From Myxococcales bacterium (GTDB taxonomy: Bacteria; Myxococcota_A; Polyangia; Polyangiales; DASUME01), in contig JASGJH010000001.1 of the NCBI GenBank assembly GCA_047601445.1, forward strand, positions 6,560,001-6,624,000: a stretch of DNA of 64,000 bases. Direction: 5' to 3'. The position numbers were made by a program, and so were the translations under genes. Shown piece by piece: positions 54,853-64,000 of this stretch; within the stretch, counting starts at the first letter, position 1; every line of letters starts with the position of its first letter. The notes below the pieces were generated by a model. It made no database searches. It worked only from the letters and a program-made list of their open reading frames with translations, and was not told the origin of the DNA.

Positions 54853-57472
54853 ATGCCCGCCATCGATATTCCGAGTTTGGGTACTGCCGTTCTGTGCGCA
54901 GTCCTGGTCGCTTCCGGATATGCGTTCGCCGCTTCAGTGGCGAGTGGCCGAGGTCGCACGCAGCTCTTACCTGCCGCACGCAACGCCACCTACGCGACCT
55001 GTGCTCTGGTGGCCTTGAGCGTGTGCTTGTTGGCCTACTCGTTCCAGGCTCACGACTTCCGCGTGCGCTACGTGGCGCGCTACAGCGACCGCTCGATGCC
55101 CTGGTGGTATCTGGTGACGGCGCTCTGGGGCGGCCAGGATGGCTCGCTCCTGTGGTGGACCTTCCTGGTGGCGATCTGGACCGCACTGCTGACGCGCTCC
55201 ATCAAGTATCGCTACCTCGAACTGCAGCCCTACGTCCTGGCGACCTTGACCAGCATCATGGGCTTCTTCGCGGTGCTGATGTTGTTCGCGGCCAACCCCT
55301 TCTCCGTCTCGGCGGCCAGCGTGCCGCTCGACGGTGAGGGCTTGAATCCGCTGCTCCAGAACTACTGGATGATGATTCACCCGCCCACGCTCTACATGGG
55401 CTTCGTGGGCTGGTGCGTGCCGTTCGCCTTCTGTATCGCGGCGCTCATCACGGGTCGGCTCAAGGACGAGTGGATCCTGGCTGCGCGCAAGTGGACCATC
55501 GCGGCCTTCGCGTTCCTGGGCTTCGGGCTCTTGCTCGGCGGCTTGTGGAGTTACGAGGAGCTCGGTTGGGGCGGCTATTGGGCGTGGGATCCGGTCGAGA
55601 ACGCGGCCTTCATGCCGTGGCTGGCGGGCACCGCGTACCTGCACTCCGTGATGATCCAGGAGCGCCGCGGGATGTTGAAGGTGTGGAACGTCTTCTTGAT
55701 GTGCCTGACCTTCATCATGACCATCTTCGGCACCTTCCTCACGCGCTCGGGCATGATCGCGAGCGTCCACTCGTTCGCGCGCAGCGACATCGGCATCTAC
55801 TTCGCCTGGTACATCGTGTTCCTGTGCGTGGTGTGCCTGGGCTTGATCTTCTACCGGCTGCCGTTGTTGCGCGCCGAGAACCGCATGGACTCGCTGCTGT
55901 CGCGCGAGTTTACCTTCCTGCTCCAGAACTGGGGCCTGCTCGGCATGATGGTGTTCGTCTTGATCGCCACCACGTTCCCGCTCATCTCGGAGGCCATCCG
56001 CGGTGAGACCGTGACCGTAGGGCCGGGCTTCTACAACAAGTGGATGGTGCCGCTCGGCCTGGTGCTCATGCTGTTGATGGGCGTGGGTCCGGTGATCTCG
56101 TGGCGTCGCGCCACCGGCAAGAACCTGCGCCAGGCTTTTCGTATCCCGCTGATCGTCGCCACGGGGATGGCGGTGCTGCAGCTCGTGCTGGGCGGGCGTG
56201 CGGGCTTTCCTTCCTACGTTACGAGCGAAGCCATCTACGACACCCTGACCGGCAAGGTGCTGGCCGTGATCTATGGCGCCGCGCCAGGCGTGAGCGTGTT
56301 CTTGTGCACCTTCGTGCTGGGCACCATCGTTCAGGAGTTCTGGCGCGGCACCAACGTGCGCATGAAGAACTCCGGCGAGAGCGCACCCACGGCGCTGTTC
56401 GAATTGGTCACGCGGGCCAAGCGTCGCTACGGCGGCTACATCGTGCATGTGGGTATCGTGCTCATGTACCTGGGCTTCACCGGCGCGGCCTACGACGTGG
56501 AGAAGGAAGCCAGCCTGCGCCAGGGGCAGCGCCTCACCGTCGGCAACTACGAGCTCCGCTACGACCGACCGCGCATGGAGGTCGACCCCAACAAGCGCAT
56601 GATCTTCACGGACCTCACGGTGTTCTCGGGTGGCAAGCCCGTGGGCATTGTGTCGCCGGCCAAGTTCATCTATCGGACCCATCCCGAGATGCCCACCACC
56701 GAGGTGGCCATCCGCTCCACGCTGCTCGACGACGTCTACGTGATCATGAGCAAGGTGAACCCCGAGTCCAAGGTGGGCATCTTCCGCGTGATCGTGCGTC
56801 CGCTCGTGGCGTGGATCTCGGATCGGCGGGTTGTTCTTCCTGTTTGGCTCCATCGTGGCCATCGCCCCTTCCATGAAGGAGCTGCTCGAGAGCTCGCGCG
56901 ACCCGTTGGCAATGCGCGGCGCGGCGGCGCGTCCAGCCCTGGCGAGCTGGTTCCTGTGGCTCTTGGTGCTAGCGCTGGCCCTCGGCGGGGCAGCCGCCAC
57001 GGCGTTCGCCCAGGACTCGAGTTCGCTGATGGCGGGCAACGTTGAAATGCACTCCGCCGAGGAGCGACAGCTCTTCGAGCGCGTGCTGTGTCAGTGCGGA
57101 GGCTGTGCGCGCCTGCCGCTGTCCAACTGCATTTGTCACTGGGCCGAGGAGAAGCGCGCGGAGCTGCGCGCGGACCTGGCGGCGGGCAAGACAGTGACGC
57201 AGATCCAGGATGCCTTTGCCGAACAGTACGGCGTCAAGGCCATCGCCATCCCGCGTGACAAGGGCCTCGACCGTGCCCTGTGGGCCGTGCCGATCGCCGC
57301 CTTCGTGGCGGCCGCGGGAGGCATCGCGTACCTGGGGCGACGCTGGGTGAAGCGCAGCCAGGCGGTGGCCGGCGGGCCAGCCGACGCTTCTGTTGGAGCT
57401 GCTGGCGAAGTCCGTGACGACGCCCTGGATCGCGAGCTCGATGCCGAGCTCAAGAGGTTCGACGAGAAATGA
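54853..57472 (+). CDS. ccmF: Cytochrome c heme lyase CcmF fused to a CcmH-like domain; +1 frameshift at 56819
   Basis: WGGQDGSLLWW, IHPP, WGGYWAWDPVEN, SVHSF; removing one C gives PLVAWIWIGGLF and reads into LCQCGGC...NCIC (CcmH-like). Confidence 0.9.
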
Positions 57473-57873
57473 AAGCATTTCTGCCGATCCTGTTCATCGT
57501 GCTCGCTGCGGGCGCGTTGTTGCTGGCCATCTCCTTTTTGTGGGCGAGTCTGCGCGCGCTGTTCGGCGGCCAAGTCGGGCTGTGGGTCACGCAGAGCGCC
57601 GCCGTGCGCCGGCGCGAGGAGCTGCTCGAGGAGAAGGACACCGTGCTGCGGAGCCTCAAGGATCTCGAGTTCGAGCGGGACGCCGGCAAGATCTCCGACG
57701 AGGACTACAAACGCCTCGAGGCGGAGTTCCGGGCGCGCGCGCGCCGCGTGCTCAAGCAGCTCGACGAGGACCTGCGCGAGCACCGGGGCAAGGCTGACAG
57801 CTTGATTCAGGCGGAGCTCAAGAAGGCAGGGTTCGCGGGCGCGATCGAAGCGTCGAAGAAGGGCGAATCATGA
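57469..57873 (+). CDS. CcmI-like cytochrome c biogenesis accessory protein
   Basis: TM + LRSLKDLEFERDAGKISDEDY; ATGA overlap. Confidence 0.65.
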   Translation: MKAFLPILFIVLAAGALLLAISFLWASLRALFGGQVGLWVTQSAAVRRREELLEEKDTVLRSLKDLEFERDAGKISDEDYKRLEAEFRARARRVLKQLDEDLREHRGKADSLIQAELKKAGFAGAIEASKKGES

Positions 57874-59165
57874 GCTTGTTGCGCCTGGGTTTGCCGCTCT
57901 TGTTCCTCGGCGTCGTGAGTACTGTACGGGCCCAACCGGTCCCCGCTCCCGCCGGACCCATCCCTTCCGCGGCACCGGCTCCCCCAGCTGCGCCCGCGCC
58001 GGACGGGGCAGCCCCAACCGAGCCCGCTCCGCCTGGCGGCGATCCTCATACGCACGATCCCCATGCCGCGCTGGCGCCGCCCACGTTGCCCACCGCCGAA
58101 CCGGCGCCCGAGCTCGCTGCTGGCAGCATCGTCATCGACGTCACCGATCCCCGCGGCCTGCCCTATCCGAGCGCCGAGATCGTACTGGGCGTGATGGGCA
58201 ACCTGGGCAACCGGACGGAGCAGCGCGCCAAGACCGGGGCCGGCGGCCGATACACCTTCGAGAAGCTCGCCGTCGGTACCCAGCAGGCCTATCGCGTCAA
58301 CGTGGTCTACGGCGGCGCCAAGTTCAGCTCCACGCCCTTCCAGCTGCCTGAAGCGGGCGGCTACCACGTTCAGGTTCCGCTGCGGGCCACCACCCACGAC
58401 GACCGTATGGTGTTTCAGGTCATCGGCCAGACTGTCGTGGAGCTACGCGACGATCGCCTGCACATCACCCAACAGGCACGCCTGGCCAACGCGGGCGAGA
58501 ATGTATTCGTGCTGCCTCAAGACGGCGTGTTGGTGCCGCTGCCGGACAAGTTCACGGCCTTCCAGTGGCAGGACCAGATGACCGACCAGCGTGGTGAAGA
58601 GAAGGCAGGGGAGGGCTTCCGCCTGCGTGGCTCCCTGCCGCCGGGCTCGGTGACGCTTGGCTGGAGCTTCGACCTACCGCGCGAGGGGACCACCGCGAAG
58701 ATCGCCATCGCCCTGCCTTTCCGTACCTTCACCTATCGCGTGATCAGCGAAGCGTCCGACGAGATGAAGCTGCGGGTCAGCGAGTTTCCCGAGGCGGAAC
58801 GGGTCAAAGACGAGGGTCGCGATCTGCTGTTCACCCAAATTCAGCGCTCTCCGCAGGAGGCCCGGCTCGAGTCTTTCACCATCAAGCTGGACGGCATCCC
58901 GGGGCCTGGCCCCGGGCGTTGGATCGCCACTGCGCTGGCCCTCATCGCCGCCCTGTGGGGGCTCTCGAAGGGGTTCCGGGGCAGCAGCGATAATACCGAG
59001 CGAAAGGCGTTGATCGCCGCGCGAAAGACCGATCTCCTGGCCCAGGCGAAGCTCACCGAGCAGGAGCTGGCCAAGGGGGAGATCGGCCCCGAGTTCAAGG
59101 CGCGCCGCATGGACGAGATCGCCACGGAACTGGCCCTCGTACTGCGTGACGAAGAGGCGCTCTAG
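57870..59165 (+). CDS. Exported carboxypeptidase-regulatory-like domain protein with C-terminal TM and CcmI-like tail
   Basis: Signal peptide, Pro-rich linker, TGAGGRYTFEKL, TM, AKGEIGPE. Confidence 0.65.
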   Translation: MSLLRLGLPLLFLGVVSTVRAQPVPAPAGPIPSAAPAPPAAPAPDGAAPTEPAPPGGDPHTHDPHAALAPPTLPTAEPAPELAAGSIVIDVTDPRGLPYPSAEIVLGVMGNLGNRTEQRAKTGAGGRYTFEKLAVGTQQAYRVNVVYGGAKFSSTPFQLPEAGGYHVQVPLRATTHDDRMVFQVIGQTVVELRDDRLHITQQARLANAGENVFVLPQDGVLVPLPDKFTAFQWQDQMTDQRGEEKAGEGFRLRGSLPPGSVTLGWSFDLPREGTTAKIAIALPFRTFTYRVISEASDEMKLRVSEFPEAERVKDEGRDLLFTQIQRSPQEARLESFTIKLDGIPGPGPGRWIATALALIAALWGLSKGFRGSSDNTERKALIAARKTDLLAQAKLTEQELAKGEIGPEFKARRMDEIATELALVLRDEEAL

Positions 59166-59372
59166 TACCGCATCGTCACAACCCGGCGCTCGCGTGCCTT
59201 ACCCCGCATGGTATGGTGCTCGCCTGTGCAGGGGTCAGGCGCCGCTGCAGCATGGTTTTGCGGGACGGCACGAGGGCGTCCTGGCCGAGGTTTCGGGCCG
59301 GCACCAGGCGTGCCCGCTTCATTTTTCGGGCAGCACTAGGCGTGCAGCCCAGGCTCAAGGAAGAGGGACACC

Positions 59373-59888
59373 ATGGCGGAAGGGCTGAATCGGGCGATCT
59401 TGGTGGGCAATCTGGGCATGGACCCAGAGCTCAAGTTCACGCAGGGCGGTCAGGCCGTGCTGCGCATCCGCCTGGCCACCACCGAGACGTATCCCGGGAA
59501 GACGGGCGAGCGCCAGGAGCGCACCGAGTGGCATACCGTGACGGTGTGGGGCAAGCGCGCCGAAGCCCTCAACAAGATCCTCTCCAAGGGCCGCACCATT
59601 TGGGTCGAAGGCCGCATCCAGACCCGCAGCTGGGAAGACAAGGACGGCAACAAGCGGTACGCCACGGAGATCAACGCCCAGAACATTGGCCTCGTCGGGG
59701 GCGGCGGTGGTGGCGGCGCACGCAGCGGTGGCGGCGGTAGCTACGGCGGCGGTGGCGGTGGTGGCGGTGGTTATGGCGGCGGTGGCGGCGGTGGCGGCGG
59801 CTACGAGGGCGGCGGCGGATTCGATCAGGGGCCCGACTTCGATGGTGGTGGCGGCCCCAGTGGCGGCGACGACGATATCCCGTTCTGA
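59373..59888 (+). CDS. ssb: Single-stranded DNA-binding protein
   Basis: [17 protein letters not shown], Gly-rich tail, DDDIPF. Confidence 0.97.
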   Translation: MAEGLNRAILVGNLGMDPELKFTQGGQAVLRIRLATTETYPGKTGERQERTEWHTVTVWGKRAEALNKILSKGRTIWVEGRIQTRSWEDKDGNKRYATEINAQNIGLVGGGGGGGARSGGGGSYGGGGGGGGGYGGGGGGGGGYEGGGGFDQGPDFDGGGGPSGGDDDIPF

Positions 59889-59894
59889 TTTCTC

Positions 59895-60635
59895 GTGGGC
59901 CGTGAGCGCATCGATCGCGTGCTGGTCGCGCGGGGCCTGGTTCCGAGTCGCGCCCGAGCGCGCGCGCTGATCGAAGCCGGCAAGGTCACCGTCGCCGGCC
60001 GCGCGGTGACCAAGGTTAGCGACCTGGTGGATCCGGCAGCCCCCGTGGACGTCGCGCCCGACCATCCCTACGTGTCGCGCGGCGGCCTCAAGCTGGAGGG
60101 CGCGCTGGAGGACCTGGGCATCGATCCTCGGGGAGCCGTGGTCGCCGACATCGGAGCCTCCACGGGGGGGTTCACGGATTGCCTGTTGCGGCGCGGGGCG
60201 CAGCGCAGTTACGCCCTCGACGTGGGGCACGGTCAGCTTCATCCGTCGCTCGCCGCCGATCCGCGGGTCATCTCCATGGAAGGGGTCAACGCGCGCTACG
60301 TGGACGCCACCTCGCTGCCCGAGCTGGTCGACCTGCTGGTCGTGGATGCCTCTTTCATCAGCTTGACCAAGCTCTTGCCCGCCATGCTGCAGTTGATGAA
60401 GCCCACGGCCCGCATGTTGGCCCTGGTCAAGCCGCAGTTCGAAGTAGGACCCAGCGAGGTCGGCAAGCGCGGCGTGGTCACCGACGATGCCCTCCGCGCG
60501 CTCGCGCTCACCGACGTGTGCGCCGCTGCACAGGCGCTCGGGCTCACCACCCAAGGGCACGCCGAGTCGAGGCTTTCTGGGCCCGAGGGGAACCGCGAAA
60601 TCTTCGTGTTGTTCGCCCGTTCTCAAACAGCCTGA
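59895..60635 (+). CDS. tlyA: TlyA-family rRNA 2'-O-methyltransferase
   Basis: S4 domain, YVSRGGLKL, DIGASTGGFTD, DASFISL, LVKPQFE, GNRE. Confidence 0.95.
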   Translation: MGRERIDRVLVARGLVPSRARARALIEAGKVTVAGRAVTKVSDLVDPAAPVDVAPDHPYVSRGGLKLEGALEDLGIDPRGAVVADIGASTGGFTDCLLRRGAQRSYALDVGHGQLHPSLAADPRVISMEGVNARYVDATSLPELVDLLVVDASFISLTKLLPAMLQLMKPTARMLALVKPQFEVGPSEVGKRGVVTDDALRALALTDVCAAAQALGLTTQGHAESRLSGPEGNREIFVLFARSQTA

Positions 60636-60704
60636 TTCCCCAACTCAGGGCGACATCACGCTTGCTCTTCCGAGCTACTCGAAGGGCATGCGAATCATGT
60701 ATCA

Positions 60705-61595
60705 ATGCAGGCCAAGCTTGCCATCAAGCGCGTGGGCTTCTCCCTGGCCGCGGCGATCGGGCCGTGCCTATCCAATCAGCGTTTGCGCCAGGTGCTCTGC
60801 GATCGCGTGGTACCGCTCGTGCTCGACGATGCGGTGTGCGAACGACGCCCCGTACCCCGCAAGCAACGTCGCTCCAAGGTGAGCGTGCTGTGCGACCCCC
60901 ACGATTCCGCGCAGCGCGCGAGCTTCTTTTGCGGCGTGGCGCGCGACGAGGAGCTCGAGTCTTTCCTGCTGCGCGAGCTCCACCCGGGTGACTCCCTCAT
61001 CGACGTGGGGATGCGCGGCGGCCACGTGGCGTTGCCCGCGGCCAAGCTGGTCGCGCCGGTGGGCAAGGTGGTGGCCTTCGAACGCCGGACGAGCCTGGTG
61101 CAAGGTGTGCGCGCGCTGGCGAGTGAACAGGGCCTCGATACCCTACGCGTGCACGCCTGCGCCCTCGACGACACGGAGGGCGAGCTGTTCGTTGCCTCCG
61201 AGATCAATCCACGTCGCCGCTGTACGGTGCGTGTGGGCGACGAAGTCCTGCGCAAGCAGGCCCTGCCCGGGCGCGTGGGCCTGAAGATCGACGCCGAGGC
61301 CTTCGAGCTCTCGGTGCTGCGTGGACTGCGCGAGACCCTGCGAGACCGCGTGGACTATGCCCTCTTCGAGCTCGTTCCCTATCAGCTGGGCGTGCCGGGC
61401 CTGCAGGCGTTGTTCTCACTGCTGGAGGACATGGGCTTCGAAGCGCGGGCCCTCGAGCGCGACGGGACCTGCGAGCGGCGCATCGGACCGCTGGAGGTAC
61501 TCGGGCCCATGCACGTGGCTTTCTGGAGGATGGGCCCGCGCGGCCAGGTGCAGCGCTTCCGCCCCGTGACCTACCGGCCCATCGTCGCTTCCTAA
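60705..61595 (+). CDS. FkbM-family methyltransferase-like protein
   Basis: PGDSLIDVG, KVVAFE, LKIDAEAFELSVLRG. Confidence 0.75.
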   Translation: MQAKLAIKRVGFSLAAAIGPCLSNQRLRQVLCDRVVPLVLDDAVCERRPVPRKQRRSKVSVLCDPHDSAQRASFFCGVARDEELESFLLRELHPGDSLIDVGMRGGHVALPAAKLVAPVGKVVAFERRTSLVQGVRALASEQGLDTLRVHACALDDTEGELFVASEINPRRRCTVRVGDEVLRKQALPGRVGLKIDAEAFELSVLRGLRETLRDRVDYALFELVPYQLGVPGLQALFSLLEDMGFEARALERDGTCERRIGPLEVLGPMHVAFWRMGPRGQVQRFRPVTYRPIVAS

Positions 61596-61608
61596 TTGCA
61601 CTCGGCAG

Positions 61609-62328
61609 TTGCCAAATACACGTCCGGTTTCGGTATCATCTCAAACCGTGACCCGTCCGCCCTCCGCCCAAGCCCTCGCCAAGCTCCTCGCGCACCGCAA
61701 CGAGCACCCCGAACGTCTGTACGAAATCGACCAACAGATTCGGGAGCGCTTCGAGCAAACCCACGCGCTGCTGGTGCTCGACATGTGCGGCTTCTCCCGG
61801 CTCACGGTGAAGTACGGCATCATCCACTACCTGGCGATGATCCAGCGCATGCAGCGCGTAGTGCTGCCGCTCGTGACCAAGGCTGGCGGTCGCGTGCTCA
61901 AGACCGAAGCCGACAACGTCTTCGCAGTGTTTCCGGACGTGCCCCAGGCGCTCGGTGTGGCGCTCGCCGCCACGGACGAGCTCGAGCAGAGCAACCTGGT
62001 GATGCCGCGCGATTGGGACGTGCACGTGAGCGTGGGCATCGGCTACGGGCCGCTCTTGATGGTGGGCGAGCACGATGCGTTCGGTTCGGAGATGAACCTG
62101 GCGTCAAAGTTGGGCGAAGACATGGCGAAGGCCGAGCAGGTGCTGCTCACCGAGGCGGCCTGGGCGCGCATGGGAGCCAAGAAGCGCGCCTTCGTGTCGC
62201 GCATGGCGCGCATCTCGGGCATGCGCTTCCCGTACTACGAACACAAGCGTGACAAGGGCCAGGCCAAGTCCACTTCGGCGCGCCCGAGCAAGACCAAGAG
62301 CAAGAGCAAGCGGAAGACCCGCGCGTAG
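61609..62328 (+). CDS. Stand-alone class III adenylate/guanylate cyclase-domain protein
   Basis: LDMCGFS, LKTEADN, VGIGYG, DAFGSEMNLASKL. Confidence 0.85.
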   Translation: MPNTRPVSVSSQTVTRPPSAQALAKLLAHRNEHPERLYEIDQQIRERFEQTHALLVLDMCGFSRLTVKYGIIHYLAMIQRMQRVVLPLVTKAGGRVLKTEADNVFAVFPDVPQALGVALAATDELEQSNLVMPRDWDVHVSVGIGYGPLLMVGEHDAFGSEMNLASKLGEDMAKAEQVLLTEAAWARMGAKKRAFVSRMARISGMRFPYYEHKRDKGQAKSTSARPSKTKSKSKRKTRA

Positions 62329-62332
62329 GCTT

Positions 62333-63652
62333 TCAGGGCGACAGGGCCCGCAGGAAAGCCTGGGCCTTGAGCTCCGTCTCGAGGGTCTCCGCCAGTGGGT
62401 CGCTGTCGATCACGATGCCCCCGCCAGCGCAGTACTCCACGTGACCTCCGTGCACCACGGCGGTCCGAATCGTGACTGAGAACGAGAAGCCGCCCGCGCG
62501 ATCGAGGAACCCGACCGCCCCCGTGTAGAAGCCCCGCGGTGCTTCTTCGAGCGCTGCGATGATCCGCATGGCGCTCTCTTTGGGTGCGCCCGTGACGCTG
62601 CCAGGTGGAAAGGTGCCGGACAGGATCTGACTCACGGACAGCTCCTTGCGCGCACGGGATTCGACGGTGCTCACGAGGTGCGAGAGGCCGGCGAAGGGCA
62701 GCACGCGCATCAGTTCCCGGACGTGCACGCTGCCCGCCTCGGAGACCCGGCTGAGGTCGTTGCGCATCAAGTCCACCACCATCGCGTGTTCGGCGTGCTC
62801 CTTGGGGTTAGCGAGCAAGGCGGAGGCCTCGCGCGCCCCGTCGCCTGTGCTGGCGATGGTCCCCTTGATGGGCGAGGTCCAGAGCGCGCGATCGCACCGC
62901 CGGTAGCGCAGAAAGCGCTCCATGCTGCGCCCGAGCAGGGCGTGCGAACCTGCGTTCACGAAATACCCGAAAGGCACGGGGCTCTGCGCGCGCATGCGCA
63001 AGAAGAGTCCCAGCGGCTGACCATGGAAGGCCGCCCGGAAGCGCCGCGCCAGGTTCACCTCGTAGACGTCCCCCGCGGCGATGCGCTCGAGGGCGGCGCG
63101 CACGTTGTCGGCGTGACGCTCCGGCGATCCAGCGAGCACGGGGCCCGCCGTGAACTCGCAATCCGTCGCCGCCGCCGCGGGCGCAGCGAGCAAACCCTCG
63201 AGGTCGGCGCAGGCAGCCTCGGAGTCACCCACCAAGAAGCCGAGCCCGCGCGCGTGGTCGAACCCGTACAGGGCGGCATAGCGGGCAAAATGCAAGCACG
63301 GCAGCTGGCGGTGACGCACCAGGGACTCCCGGTGGCCGCCGTCCAGGCTGTCGTAGGCGATGTGACCGATCCAGGCAGGTACGTCCTCCGCCTGCACCTC
63401 GGGCAGCGCGCTCGTCGCACCGTCCGCCCCCGCCACCCGGGGCTGCCGAACGAGCCCATCCAGGACCGAAAGCGGCTTGGGATCCCCAAAGCAACGCTCC
63501 ACGACCTCCACGGGCTCACAGCCGACGAAGGAGAAGCGCCCCTCCTGGCCGTGAGTCAGGCCACCATCCAACCATGCGAGCCCCCTGCGATTCCCGAGAC
63601 GTCGGGCGGCGTCGCCGGGGGATAGTCCGAGCTGGCTCCGGGTGAGGAACAC
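62333..63652 (-). CDS. pabB: Aminodeoxychorismate synthase component I / anthranilate synthase I family
   Basis: GDVYEVNL, PIKGT, EHAMVVDLMRNDL, FPPGSVTGAPK, YTGAVG, IRTA, AGGGIV. Confidence 0.85.
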   Translation of the reverse strand: MFLTRSQLGLSPGDAARRLGNRRGLAWLDGGLTHGQEGRFSFVGCEPVEVVERCFGDPKPLSVLDGLVRQPRVAGADGATSALPEVQAEDVPAWIGHIAYDSLDGGHRESLVRHRQLPCLHFARYAALYGFDHARGLGFLVGDSEAACADLEGLLAAPAAAATDCEFTAGPVLAGSPERHADNVRAALERIAAGDVYEVNLARRFRAAFHGQPLGLFLRMRAQSPVPFGYFVNAGSHALLGRSMERFLRYRRCDRALWTSPIKGTIASTGDGAREASALLANPKEHAEHAMVVDLMRNDLSRVSEAGSVHVRELMRVLPFAGLSHLVSTVESRARKELSVSQILSGTFPPGSVTGAPKESAMRIIAALEEAPRGFYTGAVGFLDRAGGFSFSVTIRTAVVHGGHVEYCAGGGIVIDSDPLAETLETELKAQAFLRALSP

Positions 63653-63726
63653 GAGCAGGATGTACCTACGTCCCCAACTCGTGTAAAGGGAGGGCCCAGG
63701 CGGGTTACACTCCCACGGGAAACACC

Positions 63727-64000
63727 GTGCTCCCACGCATCGACCGCTACGACATCACGAACGAGATCGGCCATGGCGGCATGGCCACGGTCTACCGCGC
63801 TCGTGACACGCGCCTCGATCGCTGGGTCGCCGTGAAAGTCATGCACCCGCACCTGCGCGGCACCGAGCAGGCTAGGGTGCGCTTTTCGCGCGAGGCACGC
63901 GCCGTCGCACGCCTGAAGCACGCCTCGATCCTCGAGATCTACGACTACAGCGGCAACGAATCGGACAACGCGTACATCGCCACGGAGCTGCTGACGGGCC
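63727..64000 (+). CDS. Ser/Thr protein kinase, 3' truncated by window edge (absent from ORF track)
   Basis: My translation from GTG 63727: MLPRIDRYDITNEIGHGGMATVYRARDTRLDRWVAVKVMH...RFSREARAVARLKH. Confidence 0.9.
   Translation, partial: MLPRIDRYDITNEIGHGGMATVYRARDTRLDRWVAVKVMHPHLRGTEQARVRFSREARAVARLKHASILEIYDYSGNESDNAYIATELLTG

Noticed and set aside
59698..59870. GGC/GGT tandem repeats
   Set aside because: Encode the ordinary Gly-rich SSB linker; not a CRISPR or independent repeat

Overview
GC-rich (by eye about 65-70%) chromosomal window whose gene content points to a myxobacterium, probably Polyangiales-like (inference from Ser/Thr kinases, FG-GAP lipoprotein, ECF/anti-sigma/caspase triad, CcmF-CcmH fusion). 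Most of it is housekeeping and envelope genes: acyl-CoA dehydrogenase, LpoB, mutM, DprE1/E2-like pair, sfsA, a CpxP/CpxR/CpxA-like unit, bfr, gluQ, trxB, moaC, dnaK, a stand-alone EF-G, ccm genes, ssb, tlyA and pabB-like. I saw no rRNA, tRNA, CRISPR or mobile element. The best candidate for an undescribed system is the 25.6-30.3 kb island. It holds a GNAT-fold (LuxI/FeeM-like) putative acyl synthase, a 1.27 kb hairpin-rich spacer, an ECF sigma factor fused to a STAS/SEC14-like domain (paralog at 49-50 kb) and a heme-oxygenase-like di-iron oxidase. This could be a synthase + tailoring enzyme + sigma-factor receptor signalling circuit. Separately, all five clear frameshifts in the window are +1 insertions inside GATCT(G/C) motifs, which suggests read errors at a modified DNA motif rather than true pseudogenes.
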